Assembly (NCBI GenBank): GCA_032718475.1
Contig: JAUCBJ010002994.1
Coordinates: 1-42,102 of the forward strand
Length of the DNA stretch: 42,102 nucleotides
Direction of reading: 5' to 3'
Source: Nemertoderma westbladi
Lineage: Eukaryota; Animalia; Xenacoelomorpha
Shown here: positions 11,941 through 23,210 of the stretch, piece after piece
Position numbering within the stretch: position 1 is the stretch's first letter
Layout of the letters: every line of letters starts with the position of its first letter
Translations under genes and position numbers: made by a program
The notes under the pieces: model-generated
The model's input: the letters and a program-made list of their open reading frames with translations, nothing else
Database searches by the model: none
Told to the model about the DNA's origin: nothing

Positions 11941-14508
11941 TGCAGTATGGTGGCCCATGAGATTCACACAGAAATACATATTAATTTAATTTTTTTTTAA
12001 AAGAAATACATAAAATTTAAAAAATCATAATAAAAAAATTCATAAAAAAGACCATGGACCACTTCGTAGTCACTCATTGTTAGTGAATGAGGGGTCCATG
12101 GTGCCCATAATGGAGGCCGTATTGCCGACCAGGATGGCAATAGCGAGTCTCTGTAGCGAATCTCTGCAGGAGGAAGCGGTGAGATCAGGGTTCCTGGGTA
12201 ACAGAGTGGAGTCTTTCCCCGATCTCCTTCAGGAACTCGGATGTTTCAGGGCTGGGGCGCCCAAGGTCACATAGCGTACCGGGTGGAAGAGGTAGCCCCA
12301 GTCCATGAGTTCCTGGTTCTTGTGGATCTATAGTTTCCGCTTCCTCTGCAGTGCGGCCTCCGGCGGATAGCGTCTGGGCGAGGTGGTTGGGCGCCAGTGG
12401 GCCCGCCACCGTCTTGTCCCACGTGAGGAACCGTCCGCGGCTCCACGGGACCATGGTGACGCCATCTACTCGCTTCCCATCCCCTCTATAGGCTCAAGCG
12501 TAGCGGGGACGCCACAGCTGAAGCTGCACAATGTTATTCAACATTGAGTAGCGCGGAAGTCTGCCGAGGCTCCTTGAGCAGGAAAGACCATGAAGGCCAT
12601 CCGACAGAACATCGTTGCTACACCGGGCACTGATGTGGGTGGGGCTCGGTCAACCTGCACCCAAGACGAGTGCCGACCGAGATCCGGAACTACGAGTCAT
12701 CTTCAGTCGTCTGACGGGGATGGCGTCAAGCCAGCAGCCTGTGGTGGGGTGGTCCAGGGAGTTCAACCTTGCCACCCCAGATGGTAGGAGGGACTCCCTC
12801 AGGGCTGTTAGCCTGGCATTGTGGACAGGGGCCAGGAAGGCCCACAGTTTTGTGGCCGTGAGCGGGAAGGCGGCGGGGACAGGTTGCGTTGCTGATGGTG
12901 GCAGTGGCATCACGGATGGTGGCGGTGGCATGGCAGACAGTGGCGGAAGCATTGCGTGTGGTGTCGCAGCAGGCGAGCCGAGGATCATCGACCATGCAGC
13001 GAGGGCACGGTTGTAGCAGGATGAGGGGGCGTCCACTGGAGACACAGGGAGAGTTGAGAGAGACCAAAGCAGTCAGCCGCGGAAGCCAGAAAGGTGGAAG
13101 GTGCGAGCTGCACAGCTGAGGTCAATCCAAGACCCCCGCAACGCACAGGCAGACACGATTGATCCCACACGGAGTCGTCCAGATTGGTGTTGGAGTTCTC
13201 CTGCAGGGTGCTCCGCTGGATGAAATCGTACTCTTCAAGCAGCCCTGGGAAGTCGAAACACGGAGCCATTCGGAGGAAGTATGATAGTCGCGGGATGGTA
13301 TCGCAGGAGGAAGAAGGCGTGATGGAAGTCGAGGAGAGGTAGTCAGGAGACAGGAGTCCGGAGGTCCGCGAGTTTGTTATCGAGGCAGGAGACGATGGCG
13401 TTGTCTCCTACTGGTGCGCCGAGGATCTTCATTCAGGTCTTCTAGTGGACGTACCTTAATTCCCTCGCAGACATCGTCAAACCCGCGTAGGATGGATAAA
13501 CTTGACTCCGGAGATTCCTCCCCAAGAAAGAAGAGTTCCGACTTGGAGTGGTTGGTCCGTAGTACGCAACGACCTTTTTCGAGGATGACGGACCGGAGGT
13601 CGTCCACCACCACCCAGTTGTGGTCAGCGAGATTCCCGTCGTCCAGGTACCAAACGTTAAACCTCATAATAATAATAAATTGAAGTAAATAATAAAGAGA
13701 CCAATATCCCGCAGTTTTTAAAAAGATATAAATAATAAAAAAAAATAAAATAAATAAAAATATGTATAATTAAAAAAAATTCATAAAAAAAATTTGTAAA
13801 AAAATTTTAACTGGTAAAAGAAAATGCTGTTTGTTGATGGCCCATCAGTATCAATCCATAGAAATGTATATCATCTTACCAGCCCATCAGAATCACTTCC
13901 AATTTCCTTGTGGCCCATCGATATCAAACGATATCAATTTGATAAATCGAACAATAGGTTGATTGAATGATGAGATGGAAGAGGAAGCGAAGGATGGGAA
14001 CAGATCATCACAAACTCAACCAACTAGCTACTGAGGTTGGCTACTGACCATTAACTACTGAGGGTGGCGCATCAGACCTGAAGGAAGCAGCACCAAGACC
14101 CTCGAAGCTCGGTCAGATCGCAAGATAGTGATTGGAGGGTACAGCAGATAATGGGATGGAGGAAGAACCGCCGGGATATCGCCAACAGTTGGTAAATCCG
14201 ATGAGATATTGGATTAAATCCGGGTCGGACAGCGAGCGGGCAGCCGTTAGACAAACAGGCAGTTGATAGGCAGTCAAACTGATTATTATTATGTATATGA
14301 TATTATATATATTATATATATGATTATATATATGATATTTTATACCATTTTATTATATTTAATTTTAATCTATTCTATTATTTTTTATTATATTTTTTTT
14401 TATGAATTTTTTTATTATTTTTTTAAATTTTTATGTATTACTTTTAAAAATAATTTAATTTAATATGTACAGTATTTATGTGCGATGCTCATGGGCCACC
14501 ATACTACA
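11941..14508. mobile_element. Old TIR element with about 110-bp inverted ends, hosting the CRE fragment
   Basis: 11941-12050 (TGCAGTATGGTGGCCCATGAG...AAAAAAATTCATAAAA) matches the reverse complement of about 14395-14508. Internal GCCCATC repeats occur at 13840-13920. No clear TSD. Confidence 0.65.
12052..13667 (-). pseudogene. 5'-truncated, frameshifted CRE-clade non-LTR retrotransposon (RT C-terminus, CCHC remnant, restriction-like endonuclease)
   Basis: Minus-strand fragments in the expected order across several frames: NVWYLDDG (RT active site), QSCLPVRCGGLGL..AVQLAPSTFLAS, WLDAIP, DGKRVDGVTMVPWSRGRFLTWD (RLE PD-D-like region) and GNTASIMGT near the C-terminus. Confidence 0.85.
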
Positions 14509-14574
14509 CTACAGTATACCCCACAGGCCTTGCCTTGCCCCCCCCCCCCCCCCCCCCCCCCCTTGGAGCGCAGG

Positions 14575-15748
14575 TGTAAAAGCTTTTGCGTCATTAACCG
14601 GTTATTTTCCCTTAAAGTACTCTGTAGTTGGTTTGACAGGCATAAAAAGGCCGTGTCCTTGCTGTACTGGTGTTTTAGAGGACATAAAAGTCATTTCTTC
14701 TGTATTTGTACTGTATTTGTAATTTAGAGGACATAATCCGCAATCTCGTGACGCGATAAGCTGGATACTCTTGAAAACAGTGTCGCTACCATGACGACGG
14801 CTAACAGCTGATATTGCCACGTCGACGTTTCTTTGTTTCTTTGTTCTCTCGTTGTTCGGTTGACCAATCAGAGCGTTTTTTGTCTCTGTGTTGGAGGTGT
14901 GTACAGAACTCAGTAGTTCAGTGTTGTTTTTGCTCAGAGCCTAAGAACATCGGCTTTTAGCACCTCCGTGTATCAGCGTTCTTTAGCTTTACATTAGTAG
15001 GCTTAATTATAGAACGTATATCTGTTATCAACCTATTTACTCCATACAATCTAACCAAACTAATTATATGCAATTCATATCTTACATTACTGCTTTTGCT
15101 GTTGGTTATTCGTTATATTTGTTGATGAATTATTATATCGGAATACTGATCAATAGTCAGACACCCCACCTTCTTGATATACTAAAGGTTAGAGAGACCG
15201 GTTACAGATAAACGATTGCGACCTATGTTGAGTGGTTTGAAGTGAATCTAATGCTATTTCATATGCCCAACATAAATTGTCTGTTGCTCTCTTTATACGT
15301 GACTAAATTTAGTGAAGGTCGGCAGATTAGTGTGCAGTATTGTGCAGCATTGTGTATGATTGTAACTGATAACAAAGCATCTCCTAAAGAATGCGCCATA
15401 TACGTTAATCTATAGCCTTTTCGTTGTGACTAGTTTAAGTCATAACTCTGTTTACATATTTAGAGCGCCACGTCCTAAAGGAACTGTTAATATTTCCCGA
15501 AAGTGAATAATATTTGTCAGAGATTATATATTACGATCAGTCGAATAATACAGTAGGCTTACACCATCAATCATTAAGCTCTGAACTCAGTCTCCCGGGT
15601 ATATCCAACGGGTGAATGATTGCGCATAGACTGGCTTCGGCTAATGTAGTGTGTCAAATACTCGTCATAAAGCTAAAGAATATATACCATCTAAAAGACA
15701 TTCTAATTTTGGCAGGTTAAACTGTCAAAGGTCTTCAAAGCGCAAACA
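14575..15748 (+). repeat. 5' LTR (1174 bp)
   Basis: Runs TGTAAAAGC...GCGCAAACA and is a direct repeat of 25639-26812. About 5 substitutions were spotted by eye. Confidence 0.97.
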
Positions 15749-16033
15749 ATAACAGATATACGCTTCTGGATTGCGGTGTAAGCAATCTAGTCGAAAGTAC
15801 CGGTCGACCGGTAACCAGTAGGCCTGACTGCCTGATCATCCGAACCGGTACTTACAGTACTAGTACAGGTACAGCAGTATTATTCGATTTGATTATTATA
15901 TGCCGGTAGGTCTTAATAATTAATCGGGGACGCCTGGTTTTTATTGGGATTTTACTTAGGCCTATTTCTGTCAGTTTTATTTATTTGTAGGCCAGTATTG
16001 AGCAGAAGGCGTGCAAGCCTGCTCAGATTGTAC

Positions 16034-16605
16034 AGATAATTTGTAGGCTTGACTGTTGGCTAACTGCTGATTAGGTCTGAACGGATTACAGTGCATGTAG
16101 AGTGTATGTCCGATAAAGAACGGTTAGGAAGTAGGGGCAGCCATCGCTGTAAGGTAAACCCCCATCTAAAGAATAAGTCGTACTACTGGGTTAGAACGCA
16201 TACTACTTAACCATTTCGGAGTCTGCATGTCCTGTGGTTTATTTAGGCTTGATAGGAGTCTGCCAGCGTTTGGTCTGTACTTTGTTTGTGTAGTCTGTAC
16301 GGGTAGCGTATAATTTTATTTAGATAATTTGTAGGCTGGATAGTTGTCTGGCTGTTGTTGGGTTTGAGGAAATTTCGGTGTGTGTAGAGCATCTGTCCGA
16401 TAAAGTGCTAAGTTAGGAAAGTAGGGGCTTCAAGTGCTGTGAGGTAAACCCCCTGTGAAAGAATAAGTCGTACTACTTGGTTAGAACGCATACTAACTAA
16501 TCATTTTGGAGTCTGCATATACCGTAGTTTGTTTAGGCTTGATAGTAGTCGGTCAGTATTTGGTCTGCATTTTGTTTGAGTAGTTTGTACGCGTAGCGTA
16601 ATATT
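16034..16605 (+). repeat. Diverged tandem duplication of about 288 bp in the retroelement 5' leader
   Basis: AGATAATTTGTAGGCT at 16034 and 16322. Shared blocks include GTCCGATAAAG, GGTAAACCCCC and AAAGAATAAGTCGTACTACT.GGTTAGAACGCATACTA. Confidence 0.85.
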
Positions 16606-17559
16606 TATTATTCAGAGTTTATGCTATTATTCGCAACATTCATATCCCCAAGTTTATTCCTACAGTAATTGTGTTTGTTATATATACCGTTATAGTTAAA
16701 CTAACCCCGGTACTACATCAGGGCTGCTCGGCGTAGGTAAAGACTGGTGATTTTGTGCACCGGTCACTCCAGCAGATGCCGTGGTTCTTTTAGCTGTTCA
16801 AGTATTTTAACTACTAATTATTTGTTATACAAGTACTTGTACCTAATTTAGGGTTTAGTGTACAGTGCTTTCCGAAAGCAATTAGTGTGTAGGCAGTGTA
16901 TTTGTGTTGTAAAGTGGTTAATAGGCACGTTGGTTCTGGTAGACCGCGGTAATTAACTTCTAGGTAGGGACACTCCGTGATACATAACGTAGTACCTATA
17001 GCGATACGGTTATAGGTCGTCAGGCGGTGGTATTTTCCTATCTAGACAGCGCAGTATATTTACTACTACTTATTATTTTCAAATACCGTAGTAACCTGTC
17101 CGTTGTAATAACCAGATATTCTAACCCTTTGTTAGGCTGGTTTGTAGATTCCCTGTAAAATTACCCTAAAAATTTGTATTTGTGTATTTGTAATTAAATT
17201 TTTGTGTTTATTTAGAGATTGTAATCTCAACCCGAATTGTACGTAATTTGTAGTATAAGTAACTTAGGTAAATTAGAATTATTTGTTTTAGTGTCTAACA
17301 AGTAGCACTCCACTGAGAGCGCACAGCTTATGTGTAGTGACTTCCCCAGAAATAATAACATTTATTTCAATATTGACAAAACCCATTAAACGGGTATATA
17401 TATATTATAAATCAACTCAAACGATTTATAAATAGTAGGCCTGCCATATAACAATTAGGTCTCAATATCAGTTGGACTACTGCTCAAATAACGGTAACAA
17501 AGTAAGTAAAGTAACCAAGTAACCCTAAAATTCAGAAATTCAATTATTCAAAATAATTG

Positions 17560-17805
17560 ATATACCGGTATTTACGATAGGCCTATTATCTTTATTTCTA
17601 TAAATTTAGGCTGAAATTATACCGGTACGTGTAATTAATTCTAGTCCAGAATTATATATACTACAAACTGTAAGCTGTATACCGGTATTCCCGATAGGCC
17701 TATTATATATTTATATATATTTGTGCTAAAATTATATACCGGTTTCTGTGAAAACCTAGTCTGTAATAATACTTATATATACTATAAGCATACCGGTATT
17801 CTAAT
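17560..17805 (+). repeat. About 118-bp degenerate tandem repeat with ATACCGGTAT / GATAGGCCTATT palindromes upstream of gag
   Basis: ATACCGGTATT..CGATAGGCCTATTAT recurs at about 17562 and 17679, with a partial copy at about 17790. Confidence 0.6.
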
Positions 17806-17936
17806 ATATTATATATATATCACGCTCCACTGAGTAGCAGTATCGGTAATTAATTATTAGGCTAACAGTGATACTGACTTACTAGACTTGCTTTAACTGT
17901 ATTTATAGCCGTAGGCATTCAACTGTGTAAACAAAC

Positions 17937-20900
17937 ATGTCTGACACGACCCAATCACTGTCGGATAGTCTCTTAGATAGTGTTAGAATGACTGTTAGAC
18001 AGTGTCTTAAAAAGATCAGTGACCCAGATCCAAGTATAGAACATCCTAGATCCAAGTCTAAGTCACCTCCTGCTGTAAGAAAGGCCATCCCTACTGTAGT
18101 AATCTCAGACCCTAGGCTAGTCCAACATCGTAGGTCTATCATCGGCACTCGGGCCCAAGTCAAGCAGGATCAAGAAGCAGCTGTCAAACAGCAGCAACAT
18201 CCTAGCCAAGAACCTAGTTTTCAGCGGCCCGATAGCTCCAGTAGTTCGGATACTGATGAGCGGACGCCCGAACGCGGAGCGAAGATGGTGGATAAGGTTT
18301 ATGATGAGCGGCCAACCTATGAAGAATCAACCGACGCCACTTCTTCTCAAGAAGAAAGCGAAGTGACAGCAGAGAAACCGCATAAGAGGGATGCTATTGA
18401 CATCTATCTGTCAGACTATCAACGCTTTGTAGGAGATGAAGAGTTGAGGAGAAGGCTGGAGGGGCTTAGCCCTAATAGTGAAGGAACCAAGCTTGTGTTG
18501 GATGCCATCGATGCGGAAATGTTAGCGGCAAACCAGGCTAAATTTGATGAACAACTCCGCATCACACGAGTCCAAGAAGAACAAGTCAAGAAAAAACGTA
18601 TAGAAGACAGAAAGAAAGCAGCAGTAGCAGCTGCCGAAGCGGAAAGGAAAGCAGCCGAAGAGGAAAGTAAAGCTGATGAAATGGAAAGGAAAGCGGCAGC
18701 GACAGCGGCAGCGGCAGAGGCAGAAGCGAAAAGAAAGGCAGCAGAAATGAAAAGAAAGGCGGACGTGGCAGTGGCAGAAGCAGAACGTAGAGCGGCGGAA
18801 GAAATCACCCAATTAGAATTGGAAAACATTCAGGAGAATCAAGACTGCATAAATAAACAGTTAACAGCTAGTAATATGCAGATGATGAATCGATCTACTC
18901 CCAAAAGACAGGGATATACATCATCTGAGGAAGGCGATACCACCGATACTGAAGGCAAAGGAAATAGATCTCGTCTAAGCAGACGTAAAAGAACATTCCA
19001 CCGTCAGAAATTGCCTGATTTGCCTCCAGCTGTTAGAAGGCAACTAAATAACACCAACTTAGGTAGTACAGAACCCACAGACCAAATAATTACAATAGAA
19101 AGACTCCCTACTATAGTAGATGAGCCTGAAATAATTAGGCCTGTTCTTGAAATCACCCCTCCGGTGATAGAGACACCTGTACTCCCTGAACCTACCTCTC
19201 AATTCCCTTTGCACAGCACTAAGCTACCTGTGCCCAGCAGAACAGCCCATGAGACAGTTCAGGTCCTGGACTCCGAGCGAAATATTCATGATTTGTCGCC
19301 CGTTGTCCCTCGTCCGCCCGCTACAACGTTGGCGACTCCCGCTTCGGCGGTCGAATGGGTGGACGAGAGATGGCGGGGGATGGATCTCCTGCTCGGGCAG
19401 ATGCAGGAGACTGTTCAGCAATTCAAAGGCACAGTAAGGGAAAGTAGGCTAGAGTTGCAAGAAGTGCAGCAAAGTATCGCGCTAGAACGCGATAAATTAG
19501 TAAATACACAAAGGGGTATACCACCACCCCCTGTAACAATGTGTCAACCTGTTAGGTCTGAAGTATCTCATGCGCAAGGTGTGGAGCCTACACGCATCTA
19601 TACTGCTAGCGAAGTAGAAACTCCTATAGTGAACCCTATTAAGGGTAATTATAGACCTGTTGATAATGATATTCCCTATAGACCTGATCATAATCCGAGA
19701 AATTTATATACCGATAACTCGATATTAAATAACACGATGGCCCAAGAAAGTTTTACGCGTCAAATGGCTAGAACCGAAGCCCGGCAAGCGGTAAAGGTGG
19801 GAGAGATCGTCAAGTTCAATGGAGATGAGATGAAATGGTTACCTTTTAATGAATATTACAAGGATAACATACAGAACTCTGTGCTATCTAATGGAGAGAA
19901 ACTTAGATTCCTCATCGAGTGCTTGGAAGGATCTCCCAAGTTAATGGCGTTAAAGTTTATTGGACATCCAGACGGATTAAGACAAGTTTGGGATACACTA
20001 AACATCAGGTATGGTAATAGGAATAACATAGCTGGGTATTTATATGCAAAGTTGGTAGCGCCCCGAAAGTTTATGAGCAGCGGGATTATAGAGTTTTCCG
20101 ATGAGATTCAGGAGATCTGCAGACAATTAGATTGGCTAGGTAAGTCTCATGAGTATCAGAGTGCTATGGTTATTAGAGCAGTGGCTTCTACTTTACCGAA
20201 GGGTGGAGTAGGTACACGCTGGGATAAGAAAGTGTTATATATGATGGAACAACAACGACGAGACCCTACCATGGCTGATCTCATGTCATTCTTAGATGGA
20301 GAAGTGAAATTACAGCTCCTAAGGCAGTCCAGAGAGAAGACACTGGAAAACAAGGTAAGTGAGAAACCCGTTTCTAGGAGAAGGGTAACACCAGTGTGTT
20401 ATACAGACGACGGCGAAAGCCAGACTTCTCAAGGAGAGGATAGCGGGAAAGACACTGAAAGATCTTATTATGTCAATAAAACGCCTAAAGACCAGGTAAG
20501 TAAATTCAAGTCTCGAACCAATGACAGGAGAGAACAGGTAAGAAAAACTCCTCCTACGTCTCCCAAGAGAATTCAGGTGAGAAAGCCCGAGGAAAGAACG
20601 AACGTGCACCACACAGCACATGTTAAAGTAAGTAACATCAAACCCAAATGTGTGCTGTGCGACGGGCCCCACCGCTTGAATATGTGCGATGAATTCTTAA
20701 AGAAATCATTAAAAGAGAGACGGGAAGTCATGTGGGATAAGCGGTTGTGTTATAATTGCCTCAGACGAGGACACCAACGGCGAACCTGTTACTCCGATGC
20801 AAGGTGTGCAAAGTGCGGTGCGAAACATCATATCTTGTTGCACACTGAATTCGAGCGAAATAGTCCGAGTCAGGTGAGTGATTCCGAACTACATGTCCAA

Positions 20901-22388
20901 TTCAGTGATGTGAACGACACTGATCAATCTGAGATGGAAGGATTCTATACGGACGAATTCTCCAACCAAAACGAATCCTGTTACTTAATAAACGCCACCG
21001 CAGTGTATCGAGCACTCATGTATGAGAAAGACACAGACAGCGACCTCACCCTAACTACTTCAGATCAACAACAATCTTGGAAAGCGCCAACTTCAAATGT
21101 AGGAATCCGAGAATTTCCTGTAGTCCAGTTACGGGTCCACGGACCTCAGAAGAGCTATATAGTGAACGCCCTCCTGGACTCCGGCAGCACAGGAACATTC
21201 ATCGATAAAGAACTAGCCGAAGACATCTTTGCTGGACAACCCAAGTTCCGAACCAAGCTAAACATGTCAGGGATCATGCAGGTTTGTAAATCTGCTGTGG
21301 CTGCCGACTATTATATAGGTGAGTTGTCCACTCCACAGGATAAACTAGGAGAATACAGTATAAGGTCAGTCAAAATGGTGGCAATAAAGAACTTCGCTAC
21401 CACCCAAGTGGAACCTTATAATTGGGACGAAGATGATCATGCCCAACAACTTAACATTCCTAGATTCGACACCGATTATCCTGGAGTACAAATATTAATC
21501 GGTCAAAACGCGCATGAGGCACTGGAGACATTGGAGAAACGACCTGCTCAACCGCAACCACTTCAGACCTATGCGGTAAGAACTAGAGTAGGTTGGTACC
21601 TTACTGGACCTTCCCGAAGAACGCTCAGAGAAAGACTGCTTCAAGATCGCGTCTGCCAGGTGAGTGAATGGGAAGATGATACTAGTGAGGGAGACGACCC
21701 AACTGAGGGAACACCATACTCCTCAGATAATGACGATATTAGCTCCAAAGTAGATCAATGGAGATATTGCCCCAAGAAGTTTAATCCAACTGACATCGCT
21801 TCCAGAGGAGCAACTCCTCAAGAACTGACAGATACTACCGACCGGTTAGGTGAACCAGACTTCCTGAGTAAGGAGGATGAATGGCCTCCCCATTTTACTC
21901 CGACTGAGATTAGACCAGCCAAGGGAGCGGAGAAAGTCAAACCTAAAACCCGGACGGGTGGATCGGAGTTATTTGAACCCGGGATAGATCTGTCGGTATT
22001 ACATATTGCCAGGGACGACGCCGTGGATCTGGACCTCCCCACCGCGAGTGGATCCTTCATGAAGATCAGAGAGAGCGATTGGAGCTCTGGAACATCAGAC
22101 GTCTCGCAGGGACTCTCACCTCTCCTGCAGGGAGCGACGGACCACTATAGCTCCTGGAATCGGCTTTGTAAGGCCGTCGTGTACCTAGAGCGATGTTTCT
22201 ATCGTCACTATTCCAGGACGAAGAGGAAACCTGGAATTGTATTCGGGATGCAGCGACTCAATCACCCAGTCGGTCGTTTGTGTTTACCGGAAGGGAATGG
22301 AGGACTCTCCGGAAACTGTGGAAGGCAAGATTCTCTTCCCACGACCACCTCCCTAATCCTTCAAACATCTAGGGACTCCATAACGTAA
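17937..22388 (+). CDS. Bel/Pao Gag-aspartic protease polyprotein, fused in frame to the C-terminal end of RNase H; RT and integrase absent
   Basis: 1483 aa, open. It has an Ala/Glu/Lys coiled coil, a DUF1759-like Gag core (KFNGDEMKW...LSNGEKLRFLIECLEG) and three Cys/His knuckles (CVLCDGPH..C, CYNCLRRGH..C, CAKCGAKHHILLH). The protease (LLDSGS...ILIG...TRVGW) is followed by QWRYCPKKFNPTDIASRG and YSSWNRL. Confidence 0.93.
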   Translation: MSDTTQSLSDSLLDSVRMTVRQCLKKISDPDPSIEHPRSKSKSPPAVRKAIPTVVISDPRLVQHRRSIIGTRAQVKQDQEAAVKQQQHPSQEPSFQRPDSSSSSDTDERTPERGAKMVDKVYDERPTYEESTDATSSQEESEVTAEKPHKRDAIDIYLSDYQRFVGDEELRRRLEGLSPNSEGTKLVLDAIDAEMLAANQAKFDEQLRITRVQEEQVKKKRIEDRKKAAVAAAEAERKAAEEESKADEMERKAAATAAAAEAEAKRKAAEMKRKADVAVAEAERRAAEEITQLELENIQENQDCINKQLTASNMQMMNRSTPKRQGYTSSEEGDTTDTEGKGNRSRLSRRKRTFHRQKLPDLPPAVRRQLNNTNLGSTEPTDQIITIERLPTIVDEPEIIRPVLEITPPVIETPVLPEPTSQFPLHSTKLPVPSRTAHETVQVLDSERNIHDLSPVVPRPPATTLATPASAVEWVDERWRGMDLLLGQMQETVQQFKGTVRESRLELQEVQQSIALERDKLVNTQRGIPPPPVTMCQPVRSEVSHAQGVEPTRIYTASEVETPIVNPIKGNYRPVDNDIPYRPDHNPRNLYTDNSILNNTMAQESFTRQMARTEARQAVKVGEIVKFNGDEMKWLPFNEYYKDNIQNSVLSNGEKLRFLIECLEGSPKLMALKFIGHPDGLRQVWDTLNIRYGNRNNIAGYLYAKLVAPRKFMSSGIIEFSDEIQEICRQLDWLGKSHEYQSAMVIRAVASTLPKGGVGTRWDKKVLYMMEQQRRDPTMADLMSFLDGEVKLQLLRQSREKTLENKVSEKPVSRRRVTPVCYTDDGESQTSQGEDSGKDTERSYYVNKTPKDQVSKFKSRTNDRREQVRKTPPTSPKRIQVRKPEERTNVHHTAHVKVSNIKPKCVLCDGPHRLNMCDEFLKKSLKERREVMWDKRLCYNCLRRGHQRRTCYSDARCAKCGAKHHILLHTEFERNSPSQVSDSELHVQFSDVNDTDQSEMEGFYTDEFSNQNESCYLINATAVYRALMYEKDTDSDLTLTTSDQQQSWKAPTSNVGIREFPVVQLRVHGPQKSYIVNALLDSGSTGTFIDKELAEDIFAGQPKFRTKLNMSGIMQVCKSAVAADYYIGELSTPQDKLGEYSIRSVKMVAIKNFATTQVEPYNWDEDDHAQQLNIPRFDTDYPGVQILIGQNAHEALETLEKRPAQPQPLQTYAVRTRVGWYLTGPSRRTLRERLLQDRVCQVSEWEDDTSEGDDPTEGTPYSSDNDDISSKVDQWRYCPKKFNPTDIASRGATPQELTDTTDRLGEPDFLSKEDEWPPHFTPTEIRPAKGAEKVKPKTRTGGSELFEPGIDLSVLHIARDDAVDLDLPTASGSFMKIRESDWSSGTSDVSQGLSPLLQGATDHYSSWNRLCKAVVYLERCFYRHYSRTKRKPGIVFGMQRLNHPVGRLCLPEGNGGLSGNCGRQDSLPTTTSLILQTSRDSIT

Positions 22389-22930
22389 CAACATATGGAG
22401 TGGGTGTGTGACCATATTACTTTATATTTGTATTTGTTTCATTTTTATATTTATGTATGTATTATCATGTAATTTTATTTTAATCGTTTTATTTAATTTT
22501 ATTTAGTAGTATGGTATTTTAGAGATTATTTAGTAGATTAGTGCAATATATATTCGCGTTTATTATTTAATTACGTATATTATATATTTAGTGCGACGGC
22601 GAGAAATAATTCTTTTTCTCTTTCCTTACTGTCCGTATCATATTATAAATACGTGACTACAGTAAGATGAAATATCCGTACTTATTAAAGTACAATAAAG
22701 CCACTACTATATTTAAGTATTATTGGTAGGCAGAGTATTAGGAATGCAAAGTTCAGATCCTCGTGTCTCGGCTAAACCAAGCTCTGGGTAGACCTTGGAA
22801 ACGACTTGCCTCTTCACACTGACATTGCTTCGTGCGATATTGCTCTCATACCGTATATTAAATAATACATATAGTAGCGTGATGTCCCTTTAACAGTAGC
22901 GTATAACGCAAAATAAATCTGTTAAACCCT

Positions 22931-23210
22931 TTGACCATCTGTAATTCTAGTCGATTAAGATATCGCGGCACCCACCGATATACTTGAAAGACAAAATTCT
23001 AGAATCAATGGTTAACGTCCCCAGACAAGTTCTGGAATAAACTGGTGCCCATCTTAAATATTAATTATTAATATTTACAAAAATCTGTCAAATATCAGAT
23101 CCTTTAAAATTCTAGTCGATTAAGATATCGTAGCACTTACCGATACTCTTAAAAGGACAAAATTCCTAGAATCAAGGATCCCAGTCCCCAGACAAGTTCT
23201 GGAATAAAAT
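22931..23210 (+). other. Two tandem copies of a long stem-loop plus a small hairpin (putative structured RNA element)
   Basis: Copies at 22931-23040 and 23098-23207 share the nested stems ATTCTAG/CTAGAAT, GTC/GAC, TTAAG/CTT(G/A)A and TATCG/CGATA. Their outer stems differ in sequence but both pair. Confidence 0.7.

Noticed and set aside
14565-14574. GGAGCG present just upstream of both LTRs, suggesting longer LTRs or target homology
   Set aside because: The TG...CA ends and the exact GCAGG TSD fix the boundaries; a 6-bp match at a different spacing is plausibly chance.
14465-14820. Short ORFs repeated at 25597-25884
   Set aside because: They are incidental frames inside the two LTR copies and the adjacent poly-C tract.
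18419-22060. Antisense ORFs within gag, and likewise within FGGY (38914-40421)
   Set aside because: Shadow ORFs of real coding sequence, with no independent motifs.
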